64,000 nucleotides of DNA from an uncultured Ignavibacteria bacterium (GTDB lineage Bacteria; Bacteroidota; Ignavibacteria; Ch128b), in contig CALDZP010000034.1 in assembly GCA_937944105.1 (NCBI GenBank), forward strand, positions 111,372-175,371. The letters are read 5' to 3'. Each line of letters starts with the position of its first letter. Within the stretch, counting starts at the first letter, position 1. The notes under the pieces are model-generated. The model was not told the origin of the DNA, did not search any database, and saw only the letters and a list, made by a program, of their open reading frames with translations. The position numbers and the translations under genes are program-made. Below, one piece after another: positions 48,810 to 58,482 of the stretch.

Positions 48810-51286
48810 CTGGAAATTTTTGGTGGTTAATTTTAGCTGGAACTATTGTTTTAATCCTTTTCATTGGGCTGGTAATAGTTAGCATCTTAATTAGCAATAA
48901 AAAATTATTACGACTTCAACAGGAAAAGCTCGAAGAAATTAGAAAATCTGAACAAATGTATGCTGATCTTTTTAATAATGTTTCAGATCTGGTTTATATA
49001 CATCAATTTGATGGAATTATTTTAAAGATAAATGAAGCGGCTGAAAGATTACTGGGTTACAAAATCAATGAACTAATAGGTCAACCTTTTCAGAGAATTT
49101 TTGATATACCTCAAAATGAATTTTATAATTATATCCATTCTCTTGATAAAAACGAAGTTTCAAGAGGCACCTTAAAATTAAAATCAAAAAATGGTCAGGA
49201 ATTGGTTTTTGAATATCAGAATTCAATTGTTAAAGATTTAAATTTTCCAAAAGCTATCAGAGGAATTGCAAGAAATGTGACTGAACGAATTAAAGCAGAA
49301 GAGGAATTAAAAAAGAAAGATTTGTTGCTCACTTCTGTTGCAGATGCTTCTATTTTACTTCTGACAAATCCCGATCATAATAACGCAATTCAAGAGGCAT
49401 TAAGAATTCTTGGAACAGCCACTGGTGTTGATAGAGTCTACATTTTTGAGAATAGTCGAGATCCAATTACAGATGAACTTTTAATGAGCCAGCGTTTTGA
49501 ATGGTGTCGTGAAGGTATTGAACCTCAAATTAGTAATCCATTGCTTCAGAATTTACCTTATTCCGATCCTTCGACAGAACCTTTGTTTAAGAAGGTTTTA
49601 AGCGGGGAAATTTATTCAGGTATTGTGAGGTTTATGTCAGATCCCGAAAAAAATATTTTAGAACCACAGGCAATAAAATCAATTCTTATTATTCCCATTT
49701 ATATTGGTAAAAATTTCTGGGGATTTATAGGATTTGACGATTGTACAAATGAAAGAGAGTGGACAGAAACAGAAAAAGCCGTACTGAAAACAGCAGCAGG
49801 CTCTTTAGGTGGATTAATTGGTTTAAAGCAATACGAAAAGGAATTATTTGAAACAAATATTTTTCTTTCAAGTATTCTCGAGAGTTCTATTTCAATTTCA
49901 ATTATCAATTTAGATTTATCAGGAACTATTCAATATTGGAATTCAGGGTCAGAAAATATTTTTGGTTATAAAGCTTCTGAAGTATTGGGGGAGAAAATAT
50001 TTAATAAATTAATTAAAGATGATGATTTATTAACAAAAGAAAAACTGTTAAAACTGATTGAAATAATAAGAGAAAAAAAATTAACTCAGAGTACCGAAGT
50101 TGTTTTTTATCATAAAAATGGTAATCAATTATGGGTTAAATTAACTATTTCACCAATTATAGATGATAAAGGTTCTGTTATTGGTCTTTCGAGTATTGGT
50201 GAAGATGTTACTCAAAGAAAAATTACTGAACTGGCACTTATTCAAAATGAGGAGATGTTTAGAAATATATGGGAAAACTCTGCTGATGGTATGCGACTGC
50301 TGGATGAAGAAGCTAAAATCAAGCTTGTTAATCGTGCATTTTGTGATTTGGTAAATATGCCCTACGAAAAGTTAGTAGGTCAAAATTTCAATATTTGTTA
50401 TTTCGAACAGAATCAAGAAAATGTAAATGATTTTATTAAGAATATTTCTACTGGTAATATTCCTTTGCGTCAATCCACAACAATTAAATTATGGAACGGT
50501 CGAGAAATTCCAGTGGAAATTTCAAATTCATTTATTGAATTACACAATAATAAACGAATGCTATTGAGCATCTTTAGGGATATTTCGGAGATAAAAGAAA
50601 ACGAGAGAAAGATTAAAATATCGGAAGAAAAATATCGTAAACTTGCTTTACATCTACAAAGCATAAGAGAAGAAGAACGTACGAAAATTGCTAGAGAAAT
50701 TCATGATGAACTGGGTCAGCAATTAACAGGTTTATTCTTTGAAGTTTCTGGAATAAAAACGATGAGAACTAAAAGTAAAGCGCAGGTTGATGAAAGACTT
50801 GAAAAAATTCATGGATTAATTGAACAACTTATAACTTCTGTTCAAAGAATTTCATCTGAATTAAGACCAGCTATTTTAGATGATCTTGGTTTAATACCAG
50901 CCATTGAATGGGAAGTATCTCAATTTGAAGAACGAACAAAAATAAATTCGAAATTGGTGGTAAACATGAACAATGTTGAACTTTCAAAAAATATATCCAC
51001 TGTAATTTTTAGAATTCTTCAAGAATCGTTAACAAATGTTGCTCGTCACTCAAAAGCGAGTAAAGTTACTATTGATTTGAAAGTAAAAAATGGTGATTTT
51101 TTAATGGAAATAACTGATAATGGTATTGGTATTCCAGAAAATAAATTATCTGATCCTCATTCGATAGGAATTATTGGGATGAAAGAAAGGGCATTTTCCT
51201 GTCAAGGAGATTTAATTATTGAATCTAAACCTAAAAAAGGTACTAAAGTTATTTTAAGAATACCAATTAATGGAGTTAAAACATGA
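48797..51286 (+). CDS. sensor histidine kinase: 1 TM, PAS, GAF, PAS, PAS, HisKA_3 and HATPase_c
   Basis: N-terminal TM helix. PAS blocks (ADLFNNVSDLVY..., SSILESSISISI..., FRNIWENSADGMRL...). GAF-like VDRVYIFEN...WGFIGFDDC. NarX/DegS-type H-box EEERTKIAREIHDELGQQLTG. ATPase boxes QESLTNVARHS and DNGIGI. Confidence 0.88.
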   Translation: MAELTGNFWWLILAGTIVLILFIGLVIVSILISNKKLLRLQQEKLEEIRKSEQMYADLFNNVSDLVYIHQFDGIILKINEAAERLLGYKINELIGQPFQRIFDIPQNEFYNYIHSLDKNEVSRGTLKLKSKNGQELVFEYQNSIVKDLNFPKAIRGIARNVTERIKAEEELKKKDLLLTSVADASILLLTNPDHNNAIQEALRILGTATGVDRVYIFENSRDPITDELLMSQRFEWCREGIEPQISNPLLQNLPYSDPSTEPLFKKVLSGEIYSGIVRFMSDPEKNILEPQAIKSILIIPIYIGKNFWGFIGFDDCTNEREWTETEKAVLKTAAGSLGGLIGLKQYEKELFETNIFLSSILESSISISIINLDLSGTIQYWNSGSENIFGYKASEVLGEKIFNKLIKDDDLLTKEKLLKLIEIIREKKLTQSTEVVFYHKNGNQLWVKLTISPIIDDKGSVIGLSSIGEDVTQRKITELALIQNEEMFRNIWENSADGMRLLDEEAKIKLVNRAFCDLVNMPYEKLVGQNFNICYFEQNQENVNDFIKNISTGNIPLRQSTTIKLWNGREIPVEISNSFIELHNNKRMLLSIFRDISEIKENERKIKISEEKYRKLALHLQSIREEERTKIAREIHDELGQQLTGLFFEVSGIKTMRTKSKAQVDERLEKIHGLIEQLITSVQRISSELRPAILDDLGLIPAIEWEVSQFEERTKINSKLVVNMNNVELSKNISTVIFRILQESLTNVARHSKASKVTIDLKVKNGDFLMEITDNGIGIPENKLSDPHSIGIIGMKERAFSCQGDLIIESKPKKGTKVILRIPINGVKT

Positions 51287-51915
51287 TAAGAGTATTAATT
51301 GCTGATGACCACGCAGTAGTGCGTGAAGGATTTCGTCGAATGATTGAAAATGATCCACAAATCAAAGTTGTTGCTGAAGCCGAAAATGGTATTGAAGCAC
51401 TTCAGATGGTTCGTTCTAAAAATATTGATGTTGTGGTACTTGATATGTCGATGCCCGAAATGAGTGGTCTTGATTGCTTAAAACAAATAAAAGCTGAATT
51501 TCCAGACTTGCCAGTTTTAATTTTTAGTATGCATCCGGAAGAACAATACGAGCAAAGAGTACTTTCAGCCGGAGCAAATGGTTATATTACAAAACGAACA
51601 AAACCAATGGAAGTACTTCAAGCTATTAAGGATGTTGCTGCTGGTAAAAGATTAATGAGCGAAAGTTTGAAAGAGAGGATAATTAAAGCAAAAGGAAAAA
51701 TGGAAGACCCGCATCTTAAGTTATCTGATAGGGAATTTCAGGTTATGAAATTAATTGCAAAGGGCTGGAAACCGAAAGATATTGGGCATTACTTAAAAAT
51801 CAGTGAAAAAACTGTGACAACTTATAAAGGAAGAATCCTTCAAAAACTTGGTCTTACAAGTAATACTGATATTCTAAGATATTGTATTGAGCACCAAATT
51901 GAAATTGATGCCTAA
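51283..51915 (+). CDS. NarL/FixJ-family response regulator (REC plus LuxR-type HTH)
   Basis: IRVLIADDH...VVVLDMSMP...K, and C-terminal LSDREFQVMKLIAKGWKPKDIGHYLKISEKTVTTYKGRILQKLG. 4-nt overlap with the kinase gene. Confidence 0.9.
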   Translation: MIRVLIADDHAVVREGFRRMIENDPQIKVVAEAENGIEALQMVRSKNIDVVVLDMSMPEMSGLDCLKQIKAEFPDLPVLIFSMHPEEQYEQRVLSAGANGYITKRTKPMEVLQAIKDVAAGKRLMSESLKERIIKAKGKMEDPHLKLSDREFQVMKLIAKGWKPKDIGHYLKISEKTVTTYKGRILQKLGLTSNTDILRYCIEHQIEIDA

Positions 51916-52397
51916 AATTTCAAATAAGTAATAAGTCTTTTAAATTTCAATCAAAATTTTTTTGGCCAATTAAATCTTTTTGAATTATTACTGATTAACT
52001 AATTTTAGAACTTCAAAAAAATAATATACTTTAAGTATTCACCACAATTAAATTAAGAAGGTTAAGTTATCAAAACGATGTATTGATATTTCTATTTTTC
52101 AGACTGAATACAAAAACCATATTTCGTGAAAGATTAAAGAATATCAGTTGATTTTTTAAAGTTAAATTCAAAAGCTTTTTCTTTTTATAAGTACTGGATT
52201 GATAAATCATTTAAATCTATTCATTAAAATTATTCCCTCCACGAATTAAAATCGTATCAAAAACAAGATAAATAGCGATTTTTATCAATTTTTTCCAAAA
52301 AAGTTTGAAAGAAAATTCTTACAATAACTTCAGTCAATACCTACTGAAAATGGCAAAATTGAAAGTTATGTTTGCTTCAGAAATACTGGAGAACAAA

Positions 52398-52499
52398 ATG
52401 AAAGAGTCAGCATTAAAAAATAATAAAGAGGTTAAAGAGCTTTTAATTTATACTGCTCTATTGATTGTGCTTTTAATTTTGATGATTGTGATTCCTTAA
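52398..52499 (+). CDS. candidate 33-aa small membrane peptide
   Basis: GGAGAAC lies 5 nt upstream of the ATG at 52398. The peptide MKESALKNNKEVKELLIYTALLIVLLILMIVIP has a charged head and one TM helix. A strong plus-strand terminator lies 46 nt downstream. There is no other support. Confidence 0.3.
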   Translation: MKESALKNNKEVKELLIYTALLIVLLILMIVIP

Positions 52500-52545
52500 A
52501 AAAATTTTAGAGTTTCCCACCTCAGCTCTCTACTCTCTTATTCAA

Positions 52546-52581
52546 TAGAGCCCGATTGCCTGCTCGGGCTCTAACTTTTTT
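52546..52581 (+). terminator. intrinsic terminator (plus strand)
   Basis: GC-rich 10-bp stem TAGAGCCCGA (52546-52555) / TCGGGCTCTA (52564-52573), 8-nt loop, then ACTTTTTT. Confidence 0.8.
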
Positions 52582-52593
52582 AAACATTCAGTG

Positions 52594-53082
52594 CTAGAAA
52601 TAATATCTGTGTAATACTGCTAAGATAAAATTAATCAGAACAAAGATTTTTTCGATATAAGTCCATTTGATAAATTTTGAGAATGATATTCCATCTTGAT
52701 CATTATTGTTTTTAATTTTTTTTGAAAGTGGAATTATAAATGCAAATGTTATTAGCAGGATGAGTAATATGATAAATTGTTTTGTCGTTAGCCAGTGATT
52801 TGCCTTTACTTCAAAGAAATTATATATGGGTGAAATAATAACCAGTAATATGCCAGTTGCAATTATTCCAATTGATCCAATCATTCCTGTAAGATTTGTT
52901 AATGAAAGTAATTTTTGAATTAATAATTTTTTATTTGTAAAGTCTTTTTCACCTTTAATTGATTTAATTAATGATATTTCAACAGGGAAAAAACCCAGCC
53001 AAATGACTGCTGAAAGAACATGAGCTAAAACTAAGATTGGATATAATTGATAAACTAACATTAAGGAACTCCTTTTTTTCAA
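52594..53082 (-). CDS. 4-TM integral membrane protein, unknown function
   Basis: 162 aa with four hydrophobic helices. A His-containing first helix (LAHVLSAVIWLGFFP). Divergent from the cytochrome-porin gene across a 76-bp spacer. Confidence 0.6.
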   Translation of the reverse strand: MKKRSSLMLVYQLYPILVLAHVLSAVIWLGFFPVEISLIKSIKGEKDFTNKKLLIQKLLSLTNLTGMIGSIGIIATGILLVIISPIYNFFEVKANHWLTTKQFIILLILLITFAFIIPLSKKIKNNNDQDGISFSKFIKWTYIEKIFVLINFILAVLHRYYF

Positions 53083-53158
53083 AGTTATAGATTAAGAAAA
53101 TTCCAGTCATTGTATTTATTTATCCCTTATCGTATAATGAAATGAAAAAGGAGATTTT

Positions 53159-54235
53159 ATGCGAAAATTTTTATTTCTTTTATTGTTTGTTTTTCTTAGT
53201 GACCTAATTTCAATTCCAAGATTTGCATTGATGAGGGGGAATCAATGCAGAGACTGTCATATTAATCCTACTGGTGGTTTAATCAGAAATAAAGATGGGT
53301 GGAATTATGGAAAAAATAACTTGAAACTCTTTAAAAGTTCCCAATCACAAATTAGTCCTTTTCTGAACGACAATATCTCGATTGGATTAGATTTTAGATT
53401 TCAGTACCTATATTCTCAAGAATTGAGAAGAACAGATTTTCATAAGATGGCAGGAGGATTGTATCTTAATTTTTCTTTGAGTGATGATATCAATTTAATT
53501 GCAACTTATGACCTATATCGTGGTTATTTTGAAGGTTATGGCATTCTTAATTTATTGCCACTAGATGGTTATGTGAAGGTTGGCTCATTTTCACCAAATT
53601 TTGGGATTCGCATTGATGATCATACTGCTTACTCTCGAAATGGAGATGCTGGAACTTTAAGTAGTTCATCTTATGAAGGTTTAATATTTTCACCAGGTTA
53701 TTCTCAAACTGGAATTGAACTTGGAATTTATCCGACTGAATTCTTATTTATAAATTTTAGTGCAGGTCAGGATAAATTTCCTTTTCGAACAGATCCATCT
53801 TACTTAGGAAGATTTGAGTTAACTCCATCTATTGGAGAATTAAATTTTATGCTGGGTGGTTCTTATGGAATTTTTAGAAAATTACAAAATTCATTTCAAC
53901 TAAACGATTTTTTTGCAGGAATCGGGTTTAATAATTTTTCTTTGATGAGTGAAATTGTGCAAGCGAAAAATTATTTCAATCAAGATGTCAAATCGTTAAT
54001 ATATATGCTGGAAATATCTTATCGATTAATGAAAGGATTAGATTTTGTTACTCGTTATGATAGAATTGTTCCAGATATAAAAGTAAAAGGAATATATTAC
54101 TCACATTTTATTTTTGGTTTCGATTTTTATCCTTATAGCTTTCTTGAAATTAAACCACAATATCGAATGAATCTAGAAAATCCAAAGGTGGAAAAAAATA
54201 ATAGCTTCGTTTTACAATTTCATTTCTGGTATTGA
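53159..54235 (+). CDS. Cyc2-like fused monoheme cytochrome c / outer-membrane beta-barrel porin
   Basis: AGGAGA Shine-Dalgarno and a signal peptide. A single CxxCH (CRDCH, nt 53246-53260) in the context CHINPTGGLIRN. The remaining ~310 aa show alternating hydrophobic/aromatic beta-strand periodicity and the protein ends in the aromatic OMP signature ..LQFHFWY. Confidence 0.6.
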   Translation: MRKFLFLLLFVFLSDLISIPRFALMRGNQCRDCHINPTGGLIRNKDGWNYGKNNLKLFKSSQSQISPFLNDNISIGLDFRFQYLYSQELRRTDFHKMAGGLYLNFSLSDDINLIATYDLYRGYFEGYGILNLLPLDGYVKVGSFSPNFGIRIDDHTAYSRNGDAGTLSSSSYEGLIFSPGYSQTGIELGIYPTEFLFINFSAGQDKFPFRTDPSYLGRFELTPSIGELNFMLGGSYGIFRKLQNSFQLNDFFAGIGFNNFSLMSEIVQAKNYFNQDVKSLIYMLEISYRLMKGLDFVTRYDRIVPDIKVKGIYYSHFIFGFDFYPYSFLEIKPQYRMNLENPKVEKNNSFVLQFHFWY

Positions 54236-54369
54236 AAGTAAAATTAATATCTAACTATTATTAAAATCTATCTTTGGTTAGGTATTAATTAATTAATCTG
54301 TGTTTTTCAATAGGACATCATCTTCTCTATAAAAATTGAAGACTTTAAGATAATAAATTTTTGTTAATT

Positions 54370-54741
54370 TCACGATTGATTTTCTTCACGATTAACTGTA
54401 TGAATTGAAAAAGCTGGAATGCAGATAGAAATATATTCGACTGATTCATTGAATGGATTTGAATATCTTACTCGGGTACCTTTACGGGTTAAAATACTTT
54501 CACCAGCATTTAGAATTATTTTTTTGTCATCAATTTCTATTAATTTTTGTCCTTTAATGATAAAAGTAATTTCATCAAACTCAGGAGTTTGGTAAGGTTC
54601 ACTCCAGCCAGGGGGTGCAATCATATGGGCTAAACTGAACTCTTGTGTTCCAGTTGATGGTATTCCAAAATGTTCTTTTATTATTTTGTTATTCGGGACT
54701 GGGATAATTAAAGGATTTTTCTGAACAATATATCTTTTCAT
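54370..54741 (-). CDS. cupin-domain protein
   Basis: 123 aa with a small beta-barrel pattern (ITFIIKGQKLIEIDDKKIILNAGESILTRKGTRVRYSNP). Confidence 0.65.
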   Translation of the reverse strand: MKRYIVQKNPLIIPVPNNKIIKEHFGIPSTGTQEFSLAHMIAPPGWSEPYQTPEFDEITFIIKGQKLIEIDDKKIILNAGESILTRKGTRVRYSNPFNESVEYISICIPAFSIHTVNREENQS

Positions 54742-54807
54742 TTATAATCTCCATAATTAGTAAGCACAAAAATATTTTTTATTTTTGATAAATATTTTAA
54801 GGAAAAT

Positions 54808-56076
54808 ATGAGATTTGAAAATTTTACTTACAAAGGTAACTCTCTTCATTGTGAAAAAGTTGATCTTCATTTAATTTCAAATTTAATTGGGACGCCTTTT
54901 TATGTTTACAGTAAAAAATCAATGATTGACCGTTTCAAATCTTTTCAAAAAGCTTTTCAAGATATACCACATCGTATTTATTATGCTGTAAAAGCTAACT
55001 CCAATATAAATGTTATTAAGCTTTTTACATCTTTGGGTGCAGGTCTTGATGTAAATTCTGGCGGTGAACTTTTTAGAGCCATTAAAGCTGGTGCTAACCC
55101 AAATGATATTTTATTTACAGGAGTGGGTAAGACTGAAGAGGAAATTTTATCCGGTTTAGATAAAAATATTTTTTTATTTAAAGTTGAATCATTCCAGGAA
55201 CTTGAGTTATTGAATTATTTAGCAAAAAAGAGAAATAAAATTGCGAACATTGCTATCAGAGTGAACCCAGATGTTGATCCAAAAACCCATCCTTATATTA
55301 CTACAGGTTTGTATGAGAGTAAATTTGGAATTGCTCAGGAACTGGCAATTGATGCATTTAAGTTAGCTAAGAGTTTATCAAATCTTCGAATTCTTGGAAT
55401 AGATATGCATATTGGGTCACAGATTACAGATGTTTCAGCTTTCAAAGAAGCAATAGTGATTATGAACGATTTAATTTTGCAATTGAGAAGTATTGGAATT
55501 GAAATTGAACATTTTGATGTAGGCGGCGGTCTGGGTGTTCAATATAATGATGAACCAGTTCCAGATGTTTTTGATTACGCAAACACAATAAAAGAAGAAT
55601 TAAAGAAATCCAAATGTAAAATTATTTTTGAACCGGGAAGATATTTAACTGCTGATGCTGGTGCATTGATAACGCGGGCCCTTTACACTAAAAATAACAG
55701 AGATAAAAATTTTCTAATAGTTGATGCAGCTGTCAATGACTTAATGAGACCAGCTCTATATAATTCATATCACCATATTCTACCATTAAATGAGAATGAT
55801 AGAAATAAAATTGTGTATGATATAGTTGGACCTGCTTGTGAAACAGGGGATTTTTTTGCAAGAAGTAGAGAAATTAAAGAGACAAAACCTGGAGAATTAA
55901 TTGCAATAATGTCAACTGGTGCCTATGGTTTTTGTATGTCTTCCAATTACAATTCAAGGAGAAGGGTTGCTGAAATAATGGTAGATGAAGATAAATTTTA
56001 TGTGATTAGACAAAGAGAAAGTTTTGAAGATTTAATTCGTAATGAGAAAATTATTGATCAATTGTTTGAGAAATGA
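54808..56076 (+). CDS. lysA: diaminopimelate decarboxylase
   Basis: TPFYVYS, PLP-Lys region YAVKANSN, GGGLGV, EPGRYL, CETGD, and a length of ~420 aa. Confidence 0.92.
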   Translation: MRFENFTYKGNSLHCEKVDLHLISNLIGTPFYVYSKKSMIDRFKSFQKAFQDIPHRIYYAVKANSNINVIKLFTSLGAGLDVNSGGELFRAIKAGANPNDILFTGVGKTEEEILSGLDKNIFLFKVESFQELELLNYLAKKRNKIANIAIRVNPDVDPKTHPYITTGLYESKFGIAQELAIDAFKLAKSLSNLRILGIDMHIGSQITDVSAFKEAIVIMNDLILQLRSIGIEIEHFDVGGGLGVQYNDEPVPDVFDYANTIKEELKKSKCKIIFEPGRYLTADAGALITRALYTKNNRDKNFLIVDAAVNDLMRPALYNSYHHILPLNENDRNKIVYDIVGPACETGDFFARSREIKETKPGELIAIMSTGAYGFCMSSNYNSRRRVAEIMVDEDKFYVIRQRESFEDLIRNEKIIDQLFEK

Positions 56077-56122
56077 ACTTTAATTATTCTTATAAGGTTA
56101 ACATATTAAAAAAGGAGACATC

Positions 56123-56686
56123 ATGAAAAAATTTATTTTGTTTATTTTATTTCTTAGCTCATTTCTACTTGCTCAAATCCCCGAGAAGTTTCAAAATTTC
56201 ACATTAAAAGGTATTGATGGTAAATATTATTCTCTTTCTGATTTCAAAAATTCAAAGGCAATTGTAATAATTTTTATTTCAACTCAATGTCCTGTGTCAA
56301 ATGATTATAACTCAAGGATGGAAAAACTTTATAAAGATTATCGAGATAAAGGTATTGCTTTTATTGGTATAAATTCAAATAAGGAAGAAACTGTTGATGA
56401 AATTATTGAACACGCTAAAAAGAATAATCTATCTTTTTTGATTCTAAAAGATTATGAAAATAAAATTGCTGACATATTCAAAGCTTCTTACACTCCAGAA
56501 GTTTATGTTCTAAACTCAAACTTTGAATTACTTTATCATGGCAGAATTGATGATTCGAGAAAGATTAAAAATGTAAAGCAAGAAGATCTTAAGAATGCTC
56601 TTGAAGAAATTCTTGCTGGGAAGGAAGTGTCAGTAAAAAATACTAAAGCTTTCGGATGTACAATTAAGAGGGTAAAAAATGATTAA
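56123..56686 (+). CDS. thioredoxin-fold (redoxin/AhpC-TSA-like) secreted protein
   Basis: AGGAGA Shine-Dalgarno and a signal peptide. VIIFISTQCPVSNDY and C-terminal FGCTIKR, as in the single-Cys thioredoxin-family proteins of this group. Confidence 0.7.
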   Translation: MKKFILFILFLSSFLLAQIPEKFQNFTLKGIDGKYYSLSDFKNSKAIVIIFISTQCPVSNDYNSRMEKLYKDYRDKGIAFIGINSNKEETVDEIIEHAKKNNLSFLILKDYENKIADIFKASYTPEVYVLNSNFELLYHGRIDDSRKIKNVKQEDLKNALEEILAGKEVSVKNTKAFGCTIKRVKND

Positions 56687-57194
56687 AACAAAATTATTAT
56701 CAGGATTATTGATCGTTTTAATATCAATAACAACATTAAGTGGTCAAAAGGCTTCAAAGAAAATTTTTGTTGAAGATATCGATAAAGCAAAACTTCAAAA
56801 ATTAATTAAAAACCGAAAGGGTAAAGTTCTATTACTAAATATCTGGGCTAGCTGGTGTGCTCCCTGTAAAAAAGAATTTCCCGATTTAGTCAAACTCGCT
56901 GAAAAATATAAAAAGGCTAAAGTCGAAATTATTGGTTTAAGTGTGGATGACCGTGAGGATTTACATACTGAAGTAATTCCTTTTTTAGAGAAAAATAATG
57001 TAAACTTCAAAATTTACTTACAAAATTTTAAGAAAATAGAAGAATTAATTGAAATTTTTCCCCAATGGCAGGGCGCGATTCCTCTGACAGTAATTTTTGA
57101 TTCAAAAGGAAATCAGCAAAAGTTTATTATTGGTATGAGAGATTTTGCATTTTTCGATAATGCAATTCAAGAGGTTTTGAATTCATCGAAATGA
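56679..57194 (+). CDS. TlpA-family thiol:disulfide oxidoreductase
   Basis: Signal/anchor helix and the WASWCAPCKKEFPDL active site. 8-nt overlap with the upstream gene. Confidence 0.85.
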   Translation: MIKTKLLSGLLIVLISITTLSGQKASKKIFVEDIDKAKLQKLIKNRKGKVLLLNIWASWCAPCKKEFPDLVKLAEKYKKAKVEIIGLSVDDREDLHTEVIPFLEKNNVNFKIYLQNFKKIEELIEIFPQWQGAIPLTVIFDSKGNQQKFIIGMRDFAFFDNAIQEVLNSSK

Positions 57195-58267
57195 ATAGAA
57201 AACAATTTTTGGCATTAACGAGTCTACCATTCTTGACTTCTAGGTTGAGTACTTTTGCTCAACCTTTTTTATTTTCTTCAGAAAAGAAAGTCGGTGACAC
57301 GCAGAAAAAAATAATAAAACCTAAGAGAATTAAAGAAAAAAGTAAGATAGGGATTATTGCTCCTGCCAGTTTTATAACTGAAGAAGATTTTGAAACAATT
57401 AAAAAAAATCTTGAATCGTTTAGTCTAATTGCAATTCCATCAAAAAATTTGTTCAAGAAATTTGGCTATCTTGCTGGTAATGATTTAGAAAGAATCGAAG
57501 ATATTCACGAAATGTTCTCAAGAAATGATATTGATGGTATCCTGTGTGCTCGAGGAGGATATGGCACTCCGAGATTGTTAAGATTAATTGATTATGAACT
57601 CATTAGAAAAAATCCTAAAGTGATAATTGGGTATTCTGATATCACTGCTTTACTTGTTGCAATCTATTCAAAAACTGGTCTCATAACTTTTCATGGGGCT
57701 GTGGGAATTTCTAATTTCAACGATTTTACTAAAAAATATTTTGTAGATGTTTTAATGCTGGGGAAAGATTATGTTGAAATGATTAGTGAACCAGAGTTAA
57801 GGGGGGATAATTATTCTTCAATTGAAGGCATACTCAAAATTTCTTCAGGTGCTGCCGAAGGACAATTGATTGGTGGAAATTTATCTTTACTTGTAAATTT
57901 AATCGGAACTGAATTTGATTTTAATCTTAATGATAAAATTTTATTTATTGAAGAAGTCGGGGAAGAACCTTATCGCGTCGATAGGATGCTTACTCAACTA
58001 ATTAATTCGCGAAAGCTTGATAAATGTAAAGCTGTTGTTATGGGAACATTCTCTAACTGTGAAGTGAAAAAAATAAATCCATCTTTTAGCGAGTCATTAA
58101 CTTTAAGAGAAGTATTAATTGATAGATTTGGATCATTGGGCATTCCTGTAATTTATGGATTATCATTTGGACATATAAAAAATAAGTTTACTCTTCCCAT
58201 TGGTGTTAGTGCAATGATTGATGTTAATCGTGTCAGGTTTGCATTAATTGAATCATCAGTGATTTGA
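57191..58267 (+). CDS. LD-carboxypeptidase (peptidase S66 family), probably exported
   Basis: GIIAPAS, nucleophile region GYSDITALL, EEVGEEPYRVDRML, FGH near the C-terminus. The N-terminus is a signal-like NRKQFLALTSLPFL. Confidence 0.85.
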   Translation: MNRKQFLALTSLPFLTSRLSTFAQPFLFSSEKKVGDTQKKIIKPKRIKEKSKIGIIAPASFITEEDFETIKKNLESFSLIAIPSKNLFKKFGYLAGNDLERIEDIHEMFSRNDIDGILCARGGYGTPRLLRLIDYELIRKNPKVIIGYSDITALLVAIYSKTGLITFHGAVGISNFNDFTKKYFVDVLMLGKDYVEMISEPELRGDNYSSIEGILKISSGAAEGQLIGGNLSLLVNLIGTEFDFNLNDKILFIEEVGEEPYRVDRMLTQLINSRKLDKCKAVVMGTFSNCEVKKINPSFSESLTLREVLIDRFGSLGIPVIYGLSFGHIKNKFTLPIGVSAMIDVNRVRFALIESSVI

Positions 58268-58482
58268 AAATATTTAGTTTATGTATTTTTTCATAAGAGT
58301 TTAAGAATTTTTGAATACATAAGAATTAATGAGTAATTAATTGAAAAATTTTTTTTGTAGTTTAAAGAAGTTAGAAGGTGTAGCTAATCAAAATTTTACT
58401 TTTTTCTCAAAAATTTTTGTTTTTCAAGTTTGCCTTTTGTTTATCTTAGATTTATTTTTTCAAATAAAACTTGAGGAATAAA

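Noticed and set aside
52305-52499. Long (64-aa, TTG-start) version of the small ORF in the 51916-52593 gap
   Set aside because: The TTG start has no Shine-Dalgarno site. Only the last 33 codons, from the ATG at 52398 preceded by GGAGAAC, have any support, and even that call is low confidence.
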